From Azolla caroliniana (Eukaryota > Plantae > Polypodiophyta): 64,000 bases of DNA. Within the stretch, counting starts at the first letter, position 1, and each line of letters starts with the position of its first letter. This document shows positions 33,336 to 45,517 of this stretch, piece after piece. The notes beneath the pieces are model-generated. The model was given only the letters and a program-made list of their open reading frames with translations, was not told the DNA's origin and made no database searches. Location: contig JBHGNT010000011.1 in NCBI GenBank assembly GCA_043228905.1, positions 7,936,001 to 8,000,000 of the forward strand, in the 5' to 3' direction. The position numbers and the translations under genes are program-made.

Positions 33336-34430
33336 AATCAAACTGTCAGAACCAAGGATAAAAGATAGAGTGATGGAAGAAGGATAGAGAAGAATGGATG
33401 TATAAGATAGAGAAAGAAAGAGAATGGATACAAGATATGTAATGAGAGCTAAAGACTGGTGTTGATTCGAATTGATTTGAGAATACATGTATGCGCTTAT
33501 TTATAGGTTCCTATAGAATAGCTTAGAGATTTCTAGAATGTTCTAGACCTAGAATGCTCTAGGACATTCTAGAACATTCTAGAATAATCTAGAGTTTTTA
33601 CGATAATCAATGTAATACAAGAAGTAGCTTTTATTGTTTCATATAATAATAAGCTATCTTAATGGTTGAGGTTTTCAAGTATGAATTACAAGGTTCGAGG
33701 TTCAAGTCCGGGTGACGCCATAATGGTCATGTGTTCATGACAATACTTCTCTGTCATAGTACTGTTCCTAACAGTTTGAACCGATTTTCTCCTTCCTTCT
33801 CTTCCTTTATCTTCTTAATTCCCACTCCCTTCATACTAATATCTTATTCCTCTTTTCTCTCATATTATGGCCATTGTTAGCGCTCAAGAATATCAATATG
33901 TTTTTTCGGAGTTGCAATGCTTGAAAGAGAAGCTTCTCGCATTGGAACAAGAAAATCAATGACTGTTGGGGGAGCTTCAACAAATATCCTTAGAGAAGCA
34001 GCAAACGCAACAACATGGGGAACTAGCGTTACACGTGCAACAACACGAAGGAACCATACTCGTGATGCAACAACAAGGACCTAGTATGCAAGGGGTTCAT
34101 AAAGAACCCAAGATTGGCCTTCCCATGAAATTCGATGCAACACAATCACAGTTTAGAGGATTTCTTAATCAAGTACGATTAGTCATTCAAATGCATACTT
34201 CCCGATATCCCACCGATGCATCATGAGTGGGTTTAGTAGGCACGTTGTTAAGTGGCTCAACTTTGGCATGGTTCGCTCTCGTTGTTAGAAAAGGAATCTA
34301 CTTTACTAAACAATTTTGAAGAGTTTTTAAGTGAGTTTAAAGCCTGTTTTAGAGATACTGATAGCATAAGGACAACAATCAACAAAATCCGACGATTACA
34401 TCAAGGTAATCGTCCAGCCTCCGCATACGC

Positions 34431-37400
34431 TGTCGTGAAGATTTTCGGCGATAGTGTGTAAATTGTGAGGAACATACAAAATCGAGTGTGGTTCTTCTCA
34501 CAAGATATGAAACAATAATAGTGAAGATACTATTCTAAATAAGTTTAATATCTTGGTACTAAAAGATGGAGGTTTTCAAGAGCTTTCTAATGCACTTTAC
34601 TACATAAGAAACGGACAAATAAGTGTCAAGTTATGTGGGTATAAACATTGCAAAGAAGAAGAGAAAAACAAAATTGTGAGATATCCCACATAGACAAGAC
34701 AAATAAGGATCCCAGAGTATATAAGAAGACCAAAATCTCATATTATATCTATGTGTTTGGAGCATAGAAAGATTGAGTTGTATGACTTGATGAGTGGATG
34801 CAGCCAGCCAAGTTCATTGGTTTTGGACAAATCCGAACGGATCCAGACCAGCAGACAGAAGGCGACGGAACCAGAACCGGATCAGGCTACAGACTAGACG
34901 GATGCGGATCGGATGGACCGGACGGGTAGATTTAGTGTAATATGCACTTAAACATTTGTAAAAACAAGACTAAAAATATTTGGAGGTCAACTGAATTTCG
35001 GGAGAGGGGGAATGAAAAAACCCATGGAAGATGTTAAGGCGACTGATGTGGATGCGATGCACTATGCTGCATTAGCCAAAATAAGAGTCAGGAAAGACAA
35101 AATTGAAGTTGCTAGACCATGAGCAAAGTTGTGGTCTACCGTTCTCGAGTATGAGAACAAGGGAAAGGTCACTTCGAACAAGGTCAAGCTTGCAGACCAA
35201 AGTGTGTAAAGCATAACTGGATGGTCGGATCCTGTGGATGACAACACCATACTCGTGGAAGTGATGTGTGACAACCACAAGGTGTTCGTGGATGAAAAGA
35301 GAAAAAGAATGGAAGGGTAAGGCAACCCATCAAAAAGACATGAAGGAAGGAGCACGAAAAAGAAAGAAGATGCAGAAACGAGTCGAGCTTTACAAACGGA
35401 GGGAGACTCAAGTCGAAAAGGGGAGTCGAGCAAACGAGTCGAGGAAACAGTTCGGCCCGTGAAGGTTGGTGTCAAAGACCCCACTTGGAAGACAAGAATT
35501 ATGCCTACCTATAAGCTAAGATCGAACATAGAGCAAATGACAGATCTGAAGAAGATTCTCGAGGAACGTGTTCTCGATAGCCACGTGACCTTGTCCTTGA
35601 GGGAATTGCTCGGCATTACGAAGGAGTTCCATGATACGATCGTGGACCTTGCGAAGAGAAAAAGGCAATAGTCGGACGAGGAAGAAGAAAAGCCGTTAAA
35701 AGCAAAAACAAATGTCATAACGATGGCAAGGGACGAAGTCGATGAAGATTTGGTGGACAGCCACTATACTCGACCTCATTGGGCACGAGTGACAATGGAG
35801 ACGCCGGTGAAGATCGGGGAGAAGAAAGAGACCATGGTAGCCTTAATCGACCATCGCTCGGAGATCAACCTCATGTTGACTGAGTTCTACAAAAAAGGAA
35901 GATGGCCAATTAACACAAACCACGGATGGAAGATTCGAGCGGCAACAAAAACCACAGAGGACTTGTACGGAGCTTGTCCAAATGTTAAAGTCACGATTCG
36001 GGATGTGAAGATGGATCAACACTTCTTCGTGCAAGAATTGGCTTCGCATCCTGTCATCCTAGGACAACCGTATATCACATCATCTTGGATGGAGACCAAG
36101 GTGTTCGATAATGGAGCAGCCTTCGCACGGATCAAGAGTCTTGACAACCAAAGATCTGTTCAATTCCTAACGGTGTGGGCTAATCATGAAAGAAATCGAG
36201 ATACCCTTCGAGGCGACTCCTCAGATTTTTAGAGTGGACTATTGAAGCTTGGGGCACAAATAGTCCTAGCAATCACAAGTCCCCACAAGAAATTGAAGCG
36301 CGTGGATTGCAAGGAGAAGCAACATGTGTCACACCTAGTGGCGCATGTAAACTAGTACTACCCAACAAGGACAAGCATTGGATACAAGACTTCGAGAAGA
36401 TGCTGAAAGAAGAAAACATAATCAAAGAAGAAGAATTCGTGACTTGTATTATGGAACAGGCCTCATTTAACGACACCATTGGCGAAATCGAGGAAGTCGT
36501 GGACTTAAGCTATCTTCACGATCAACACATGATTTCGATTTACTTCGTCAACATGTACGCTATAATTGATGAATATCATCGAGGCATCTTGATGGAGGAA
36601 GTTGGAGTCAACACAAAATATAAAACGGTGGATAGAAAGATGAAGCCAGTTGCAATTCCGCTACCAAAAGATAGTTGGCAAAAAATGAAGGAAGTCGCTA
36701 ATGATCCAAGCCTAAGGGATCCAAAGACAATAGGTCATGTCTTCACCAAAGAGACGAAAAGAAAGCTAGGAGTTGGGAAGGAGGATTTCCTCCTCCCTAA
36801 AGAGGAGCGAATGTTCCGTGGAATGCTTGAAAGACATGGGAAGGCTTTTGCATTTTTCCCACAAGAAATCGGATGTGCTGATCCAAGGATGATAGAACCA
36901 ATGGTGATCTTCACGGTGCCGCACCTACCTTGGAATTTGAAACCGAAACCGGTTCCGAGAGCACACCTACCGAAGTTGATCGAGCTCTTAAAGGAGAAGG
37001 TGGATCTGGGAATTTTGGAACCATCGAATGCTCCCTATTCTAATAGGTGGTTCACGGTGTCGAAGAAGAATGATCATTGCGATTCATCCAAGATCTTCAA
37101 CCCGTCAACAAGGTGACAATTTGGAATGTTGGAATCGGTCCAAGTGTGGATGAATTTGCCGAAGCGTTTGTGGGCTAGTCTATCTACTCCATTGGCGATC
37201 TCTACTCTGGATACAATCAATTCCAGTTGGTGGTCGACAATCGTCACATTACAACTATGAGGACTCCGATCGGGCTTGTGCGGATGTGTACCTTACCTCA
37301 AGGTGCAACGAACTCGTTGGCTCATATGGTGAATGCCATGAACAAGGTCTTGAAGGATTGCATCCCGGGCATCACGATGCCATTCTTGGATGATATTCCA

Positions 37401-40400
37401 ATAAAAGGATGTTCGGATGAGGACAAGGATGAATCGAAAGATAAGGAAGGGTGTAGAAAGTTCGTCGTGGATCATAGGAAAGATTGCGAGAAGGTGCTCC
37501 AAAGACTCGAAGATGCAAATTTGACATTTTCAGGAGAAAATTCTGCATTTGGGCAACCAGAGATCTTGGTGGTAGGCCACTTGTGTGGAGCATACGGCCA
37601 GAAGCCTTCGCCATCCAAGGTGAACGTGATCCAGGACATGAAAGAAGAATGCCTAACCCAAATGGAGGTTTGAAGGTTCCTTCGAGCATGCGCGTTTTAT
37701 CATATCTAGATTCTGCACTACGCTCATGTCGCCGGGCCATTATATGGATTGCTAAAGAAAAGAATGAAGTTCGAATGGTGAGACGAGCATACAAACGCGA
37801 CGCGAAGATTAAAGAAACTACTTCTTGAAGCCCCAACACTAAGGAAGGCTGACTATACCGAAGGGAAGCCGATTTATGTGACTCTAGATACGAGCCCAAC
37901 TGGAATTGGGTGGGTCATTAACCAAGAAGGAGAAGATAATGTGTGGTATGCCATCTGGTTAGAAGCAAAGGTTCTCAGGGAGCGACAACAAAGATACGCC
38001 CAAGTCAAGCGGGAACTTTGGGGTATTGTGTCTGCAATGAAGATGGACAAAGACTACCTGATCGGGTCGGAAGTGATAATTGAAACAGATTGTCTCCCAA
38101 TCCTCGGGATGATCTCAGGATGTGCGACACCAGATCTAGCTATGCTAAGGTGGATCGCCTATATCAAGTCTTTAAACCCAGAGATCCGCCATATTGCAGG
38201 AAAGAAGAACGTCATGGTTGACGCGTTGTCGAGGGCAAGATTTGAGAATGAAAGTGACATGTTTTCGGAAGATGAAGACGTCACCCTCGACTTCTTCAAG
38301 ATGGCTCGACTATTGGCGGAAGACAAGGACACGCTAACCCTCTACGCCTTCAACGAGGACGAGGACGAAGGAGAGTGGTTAGTGATCGGCAGATTCTTAA
38401 GAACAATGACGGTGGATGTTTCGTTGACGAAAGAGGAGGCTCTACGAATATGGAAGAAAGCTTACCAATACTTCCTCAAGGGAGGATCCCTCTGGTGACA
38501 CCCAAAAAGAAGGACAAGAATGCCACGTTGAGTGGTGGTGAAGAAAGAAGAGCAAGTGACGCTGATGACCGAATTCCACGAGAGTCCTTGGGCGGGTTAT
38601 AGAGGATCATGGGCGACGTTCGAAAAGTTGAAGGAAAAGTACTGGTGGCCAAGCATGTACAAAGATGTACTCCATTTCGTGTCCACATGCGAAACTTGCC
38701 AAGTACATTCGAACATACGTCATCGTGATGAGTTACGGTCAACATACCCGCTCACCATACACTTCAAATGGATGGTGGATCTGGTCTCGACAATGGTAGT
38801 GGGATAAATGAAGTATTTAGTACTAGCAAGAGAAGACCTGACAAATCAAGTGGAAGGACGAGCCTTGGCAAATAAGACGACGTCAGCTGTTTGGAAATTT
38901 CTACTCGAAGAGGTTGTCTACCGATACGGATGTGTCGGAAAGATAGTGATTGATCGAGGGGAGTTGGATGCACGCGAAGCAATAGAGCTCTTCGATCAAC
39001 TAGGCGTGAAGCTCTCCCTCACAACTACCTACAATCCAGAAACGAATGGGAAGATCAAGTGAGGGCATGGACCAATCGTCAAAGCAATTGTACGACCATG
39101 CAACGGTCGAGTCGGGAACTAGCCACGACTATTGCCCTATCCCTTGTGGGCCGATAGAACTACACACAGTTCAATGACAGGGTATATGCCAACAGAGCTT
39201 ATGTATGGACAGAAGCCGGTAATGCCCATCGAAAGGACGATCGCCTCATGGGTAGCGATACCATGGGAGAACGAGATGAGTCGAGAAGAATTATTAGCGC
39301 CACGGATAAGGCAAGTTGAAAGGAGACCTGAAGATCTAGAAAAAGCATGAAAGATGATGGAGGTAGCTTGAGTGAAGAACAAAATTTGGTTCGACAAGAT
39401 GCATCGACTGTGTCCCAAGAAGATTGAAGAAGGAGATTGGGTATTGGACTACGATAGCAGCCTTGACAATCAACACATGACAACAAGGAAGTTCGCAAGA
39501 AGATGGTTCGGACCGTATGTGGTGACAAGTGCCAACGACAATGCCACATACCACCTTGCGGAGCTAGACGGATCAAGGTTGGCCGTGCCCATTGCAGGCA
39601 AAAGAGCTACATTCGGGACTCGAAGACGCCGAAGGATGCTTGGGGAAATTTGAAAAACATTTTCGTCGCAAGCACCACAGCCAGAAAGCTCCAACCCATG
39701 CAAGAGTTGAGCAATGTTCGACAACGAGATATGTATATGGCTGATTACACCTCCAAGCTCAAGGACATTTGCGACTCTCTCACCTCCGTCGATGTAAACC
39801 TCGAGGAGGACGAAATGGTGTAGGTCTGCCTTGGAGGCTTATCGTCGAAATTTGGAGCTTTCCGAACTACTGTCTATACAAGGGAGAATAAAGATTTTCA
39901 AGAAAAGACGAGACGAGGATCCTGACCTCGACCACCTCGACGATGAAGATAGTAGGACTGAGCCTACAGACTTGAGTTATGTGAACAAGGACATGGAGGA
40001 ATTTGATTGATCATCATAGCCGAAATCTCACACTCTCTCCTCTTGGCACATGCCGAAGGACATGCGGTTTGGTGGGGGTGGATGTCGTGAATATTTTCGG
40101 CGATAGTGTGTAAATTGGTTTTGGACTAATCTGGACGGAACCGGTGACCAGATGGCAACGAAACCGGATGGCGACCGGACAGCTACGGAACCGGATCGGG
40201 AAGCAGACTGGACGGAACCGGCTTGGGTTGCGGACCGGAACTGGAATGACTTGACAAATGGATGTAGCCAAGTTCATTGGTTTTGGACAAATATGGACGG
40301 AACCGGACTGACGGACCGACGGAAGGCGACGGTACCAGATTGGGATGCAGACCAGACGAAACCAACTCGGGTTGTGGACCGAAACCGGGTCGGAATGAGG

Positions 40401-41119
40401 GCCAGAAGGAACCAGATGACATGTGGACCCGGGCCGGATCGAACGGATTGGACAGGATGGGACGGATGTGGATCGGATGGACCGGACGAATAGATTTATC
40501 GCAATGCACGATGTCTTGAAGTTTTCCAGTGTGAAACGAACAAAATCATCTAGTTCTTTGGAGGTCAAGTGAAGGTGTAATCTGCACTTAAACATTTGTA
40601 AAAACAAGACTAAAAAGCCTAGTAAAAAGAAAATTTGTATACAAAGGGGTGCAAGTAAGAATTTGAACCTTGCACCTCCAAGTTGAAAGTCAATAGGCTT
40701 ATCACTAAGCCAAGTCATATCTGCAAAAGTTTTACTTTGATCATTTTACATGAAAATTCTCATACATGAGAGCTTAGATGATGACATGGCAAACATGCAT
40801 TTTGTGCATTACGTACATGTCTTGCACCCTCACATGCACCATATGCATGGGGGCATCTATAAAACAGTGGAGGAATAAAGCAGGAGAAACTAATGAAAAA
40901 TTTGGGAAAAATAAGAAACTTGTTATGCTATTGTTGATGTATCTTGTCTCTCAAATCTAAAGTTAAGCATTTAATCTCTTTCTCCATATCAATCTCTCTC
41001 TATTTCAATCTATCTTAAATACTTTCTTGGTAAAGCTAGTGCAAACTTTGAATCCTTCCGGTCCAAAACCCCGGTGATTCCGCCTCACGATCCGCACGTA
41101 GTGACGGATCTTCACGACA
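34431..41119 (+). mobile_element. Gypsy element E (tRNA-Trp family): truncated 5' LTR 34431-~34990, gag C-term, PR, RT (FLDD), RH, INT, 3' LTR 40083-41119
   Basis: TGTCGTGAA...TTCACGACA; TSD ACGC/ATGC restores host gag PASAYAANF; LPQGATNS..PFLDD; IVIDRGEL; WFGPY; no chromodomain. Confidence 0.93.
39607..39889 (+). other. Captured copia gag fragment inside the integrase tail of E
   Basis: YIRDSKTPKDAWGNLKNIFVAST..KLKDICDSL..CLGGLSSKFGAFRT; no LTR or TSD. Confidence 0.85.
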
Positions 41120-44100
41120 ATGCTGCAAATTTTCGCCTACTCGCCTCCAAAATCCCCTGGGATGACCAAGCACTTATGGAGCAATTTCGTTATGGTCTAC
41201 ATAACAATGTTAAGGATTTACTCTTGACCTTCCCCGAAGAACCAAAGTCATTGACAGAAGCAATTCGTTGCGCGGTGAGATGCGAAAACCGTCTTTTCGA
41301 ATGACATTCGGAACATCAGTTCCAGATGCCAGGGCAAGATCAGAGCCCACCTACACCTCAGTGGTAGCAAAAACTTTTCCAAGGGTGTCATATAATGCAA
41401 AAACTTTAGTGAATACTCCAACTCCGATGGAAATTGACACTACACATCGTCGCGGTCCATTATCGGAAGAAGAAAAGCAGCGACACCGAGCAAATTGACT
41501 ATGTCTTTATTGAGGTGGACCAGGGCATATTGCAGTGAATTGTCTCCATAGGCCAAGAAGACAGGTGAACCAAATAGTTGCTAGTTCTAATTGTACTAAA
41601 CCTAAGTCTATTTCAGTAGGAATATCCGATAGTCCTAATAGTACTAATAGCCCAAATCTCTCGAACAAATTTGATGTCCTTAGTTAGTTAGAAGAAGAGT
41701 TAATCGCCTAAGTCCAACCAAAATAGGAGTCATTTGGTTGGACAGCCCTAGATCTGTGCAACCCATTAGTGGTTTCATTCTCTCCAAGCAAGTTAGCAAT
41801 GTGTTCTTAGCCCACGTAACAGTTAGTACTAAAAGTACCTCTCTAGTACATGTCTCAACACTCCTAGATTCTAGAGCTAATTCTTGCTTCATGGATAGGA
41901 ATTTTGCCAAAGTTCATTAGATATCCCTAAGAAAATTCCCATGTCCAGCCTCTGTAGTAGTCATTGATGGTCGTCCCATTGCTTTCAGAAATATCATAGA
42001 AGAGTCGGAGCCCGTTAATATTTTCCTAGATAATTTTTTGTGTGTAGTATCCTTTAATATAATTAGTATCCTAGAACATCCCATTGTTTTGGGATTACCA
42101 TGGTTCGAATTACATAACCCAGTTATAGATTAGAGAACAAGGGAAATCCGGCATCGACAAACCCGAGGATCTACTCATAAGATTGCAACCATTTCGCTAC
42201 ATCAGTTGCGTGAGGAAGGACACAAGGAAGAAATGTTTCTCTTCGCAGTATCAGTAAAACCCTCCAACACCACTAAAGAGGAGTCCATCGTTCAACTTCC
42301 AGAGAAGTATCGTCATTATGCCAATGTGTTCGATAAAGAAAAAGCCAATACGCTTCCTCACCATCGCCCGTATGATTGCCCCATCGATTTACAACCGAGA
42401 AAAGAGCCACCATGGGGATCGACTAGGAGACACCATTCGCACCAGATATGGGCACTTCAAGTATACGGTCATGTCATTCGGCCTCACTAATGCACTAACA
42501 GTCTTCCAGCACATGGCAAATGATATATTCCGAGATCTCTTGGATGTTTGTTTGATAATCTATTTGGATGATCTACCAGTTTATTCGAAGACCCAAGAAG
42601 AGCATGATTCTCATGTACTGTTAGTACTAAAACGACTTCGAGAACATGGTCTTTATGCAAAGCTGGAATAATGTAGTTTCGGGTGCAACCAGGTAGAATT
42701 TATGCACTATATCATTTCCTCGGAAGGCATCTCCATGGATCCAGCTAAGGTCAAAACAGGGGTAGAGTGGCAGACCCTGCGTTCGTTGCGAGATGTGCAA
42801 TGCTTTTTAGGCTTGCCAATTGCTACCACAAGTTTATATAGTATTACTCAAAGCTTGTTCTGCCTCTCACACAACTCACCAGGAAGGCACAATCGTTCGT
42901 TTGGTCTAAATAAGTAGACATGGCTTTTGAGAATCTTAAGAAGGCATTTACATCAGCTCCTATTCTTGCTCATGTTGATCCGGAAAAACCATTCATCATC
43001 GAAGCAGACACGTCGGATTTCGCGTTGGGTAGCATTCTGTCACAACAAGGCGATGATGAAAAGCTTCATCCTGTGGCTTTCCACTCACACAAGTTTGACG
43101 TCGCCGAAATCAACTATGAAATTCATGGTAAGGAGCTATTCGCAATAGTGGGCTCTTTTACACAATGGATGCATTTTCTAGAGGGGTCTTCTCATCAAGT
43201 CACCGTATTCAGTGATCACAAAAACCTTGCCTACTTTCAAAATGCTCATGTGTTAAATCGATGTCAAGCTTGGTGGGCCCAATTCCTCACTCGTTTCGAC
43301 TTCAAAATTACATATTGTCCGGGGAAGCAACAAGGGAAGGTAGATGCATTATCACGATGCTCGTATCTAGCACCGCGTCTTGGCGAGCCAGCTTTCGATA
43401 ACCAAAAGTAAGTAATCCTGGGACCAGCATGACTGCAAGCAACACAGGTCTTCGGTATGCCCTTGGATTCCCACGTTATCGATACCATACGTGAGGACTT
43501 GAAGATAGATGCTTTCGCCCAAGCCATTCTAGCACAAATTGATCCCTCTCAAGCATCTTGTTCACAGTCGCAACAACCAAGTACGGACTATCGACAATTT
43601 GAATGTCATGATGGATTACTATTCTTTAAGAAACTCTTGTATGTTCCTAATGGTTCTTGTCATCTTCGAGTAGTCCAAAACTGTCATCACACATATACAG
43701 CTAGGCATTTTGGTAGTACTAAAACATTAGATTTAGTACAACGATCATTCTGGTGGCCCCATATGCGACAATTTGTCGAAGGTTTTGTTCGGACTTGAAA
43801 TTCATCTCGAAATTCTAGAAGCACCTCTTTAAAATGCTCAAGGTCACTTGTAACCTCTCCTCCCGCCACCACCCGCTACCACCCGCAAACAGACGGCCAA
43901 GCAGAACGAACAAATCAAACGTTGGAGCAGTATCTTCAGTGCTTTCTAAGCTATCATCAAGATAACTAGGCGGATATTCTCCACTTTGCTAAATTTGTGT
44001 ATAATAACTCTGTCCACTCATCGACAAAGGTTACACCATTTTATGCTTATACGGGTTGTCACCCACGGTGGTGTGTATTTGAAACCCTTGAGTTACCCAC

Positions 44101-45001
44101 AAATCCTTGCACAGAGGATCGTTTGGAGCGGTTACGCAAGATACAAGCAGATTTATTTACTGATCTACAGCAAGCTCAACAAATACACAACGTTTACGCG
44201 GATCGTCATCGGCTTCCATCTAGTTTTAACATTGGAGATCAGGTATGGCTACTACGACGACACATCAAGACTACTCGCCCATGTAAGAAGTTGGATTATC
44301 GGCGATTAGGTCCGTTCCGTATTATCGGAAAAATTAATGATGTCACTTTTCATCTCGATCTACCTCCACAACTTCAAATACATCCGGTGTTTCATAGTTC
44401 TCTCCTCAAACACTATCAAGATAGCACCATCCCAAGTCGTATTAAACAACCTCCACCCCCGATCGAACTTGAAGATGGACCTGAGTACGAGGTTGCCGCC
44501 ATCCTCGATTCCAAGATTGTTCGCAAGAATCTCTACTATTTAGTCGATTGGCTAGGATATAGTCCCAACGAGCGTACTTGGGAACCAATAGAGAATGTGA
44601 CCAATGCTCGTGCTCTTCTTGAAGACTTCCATCGTCAATATCCAAACAAACCGGGTCCTCAATCCAAAACGACTCGTGACACTCGTCGTTTTAAAGGGGG
44701 GATAGTGTCATGATATGGCAAAACTCGAACCCATGACCTTATGTTACATGGGTCAAGCTCTTGACCATTAGAATATATGTTACAATACAAAGGATATTAT
44801 TTTCATTTAAATTTTACTATAGAAAATTGATGTATATTCCAGATTTCTCTAGAACATTCTAGAAACTTCAGGAACTCTCCTGAGAACACTATAAAAGGAG
44901 GCACAAGGCATTATTTCGAACCAAATCGGTTCAACGCCGGTCTTAAGCCTCCTAGCTACTATTGTATATTCTCTTAACATAATATATATCTTTTGTTATC
45001 A

Positions 45002-45061
<60 letters not shown>

Positions 45062-45517
45062 ACTCACTCACTCTTTCCTTTTCTCGAGAGTTCTACACCT
45101 CCCTTAGTACTAATCCTCATCTTTTACTACTAATTCCTTCTCTGTCTTAGTATTGTTCCTGATAGGGATTGTTCATGGAGCCTAGACTACTACGAGTGAT
45201 TACGACGAGTGATTGACTAGCGTCAGGTGACCTACTCGATTGTTGTCTAATCCAATGTAGTACGGCTAAGGCAGAGCTTGTGAAGCGAAATCTCACTCCG
45301 AGTGGCTACAATCACAGGAGTGAAGTGCAGCTGATTGGCTCACTTCAATGGTGATTTAGAACATGGAGTGCAGATTTTGCTTGTGTTTCTCTTCGCGAAA
45401 AACGATCTTGTAGAAGGTTGCCAACCGAGATCTTCATGGTGTACAAAAGAAGAGTTGTTGATGGAGGTAAAGTAGACAACGACAGCAGAATCGAGAGAAC
45501 CAAGCTTTGATACCAGA

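Larger units (their letters stand above)
28066..33742 (-). mobile_element. Near-intact chromovirus (Tcn1-like) element D, 399-bp LTRs 28066-28464 and 33344-33742
   Basis: Perfect TSD ATACT; ~3 LTR mismatches; PPT GAAGGAGGGATAG; gag, PR (LLDTGA), RT (YLDD), RNase H, INT and chromodomain. Confidence 0.97.
27615..45164 (+). mobile_element. Chromovirus (Tcn1-like) element C: 5' LTR 27615-33773 (split by D), 3' LTR 44706-45164, gag split by E, degenerate pol with chromodomain
   Basis: Matching LTRs starting TGTCATGATATGGC; PPT AAGGGGGGATAG; TSD GGGGT/GGGAT; chromodomain EYEVAAILDSK..YLVDWLGYSPNERTWEP. Confidence 0.9.
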
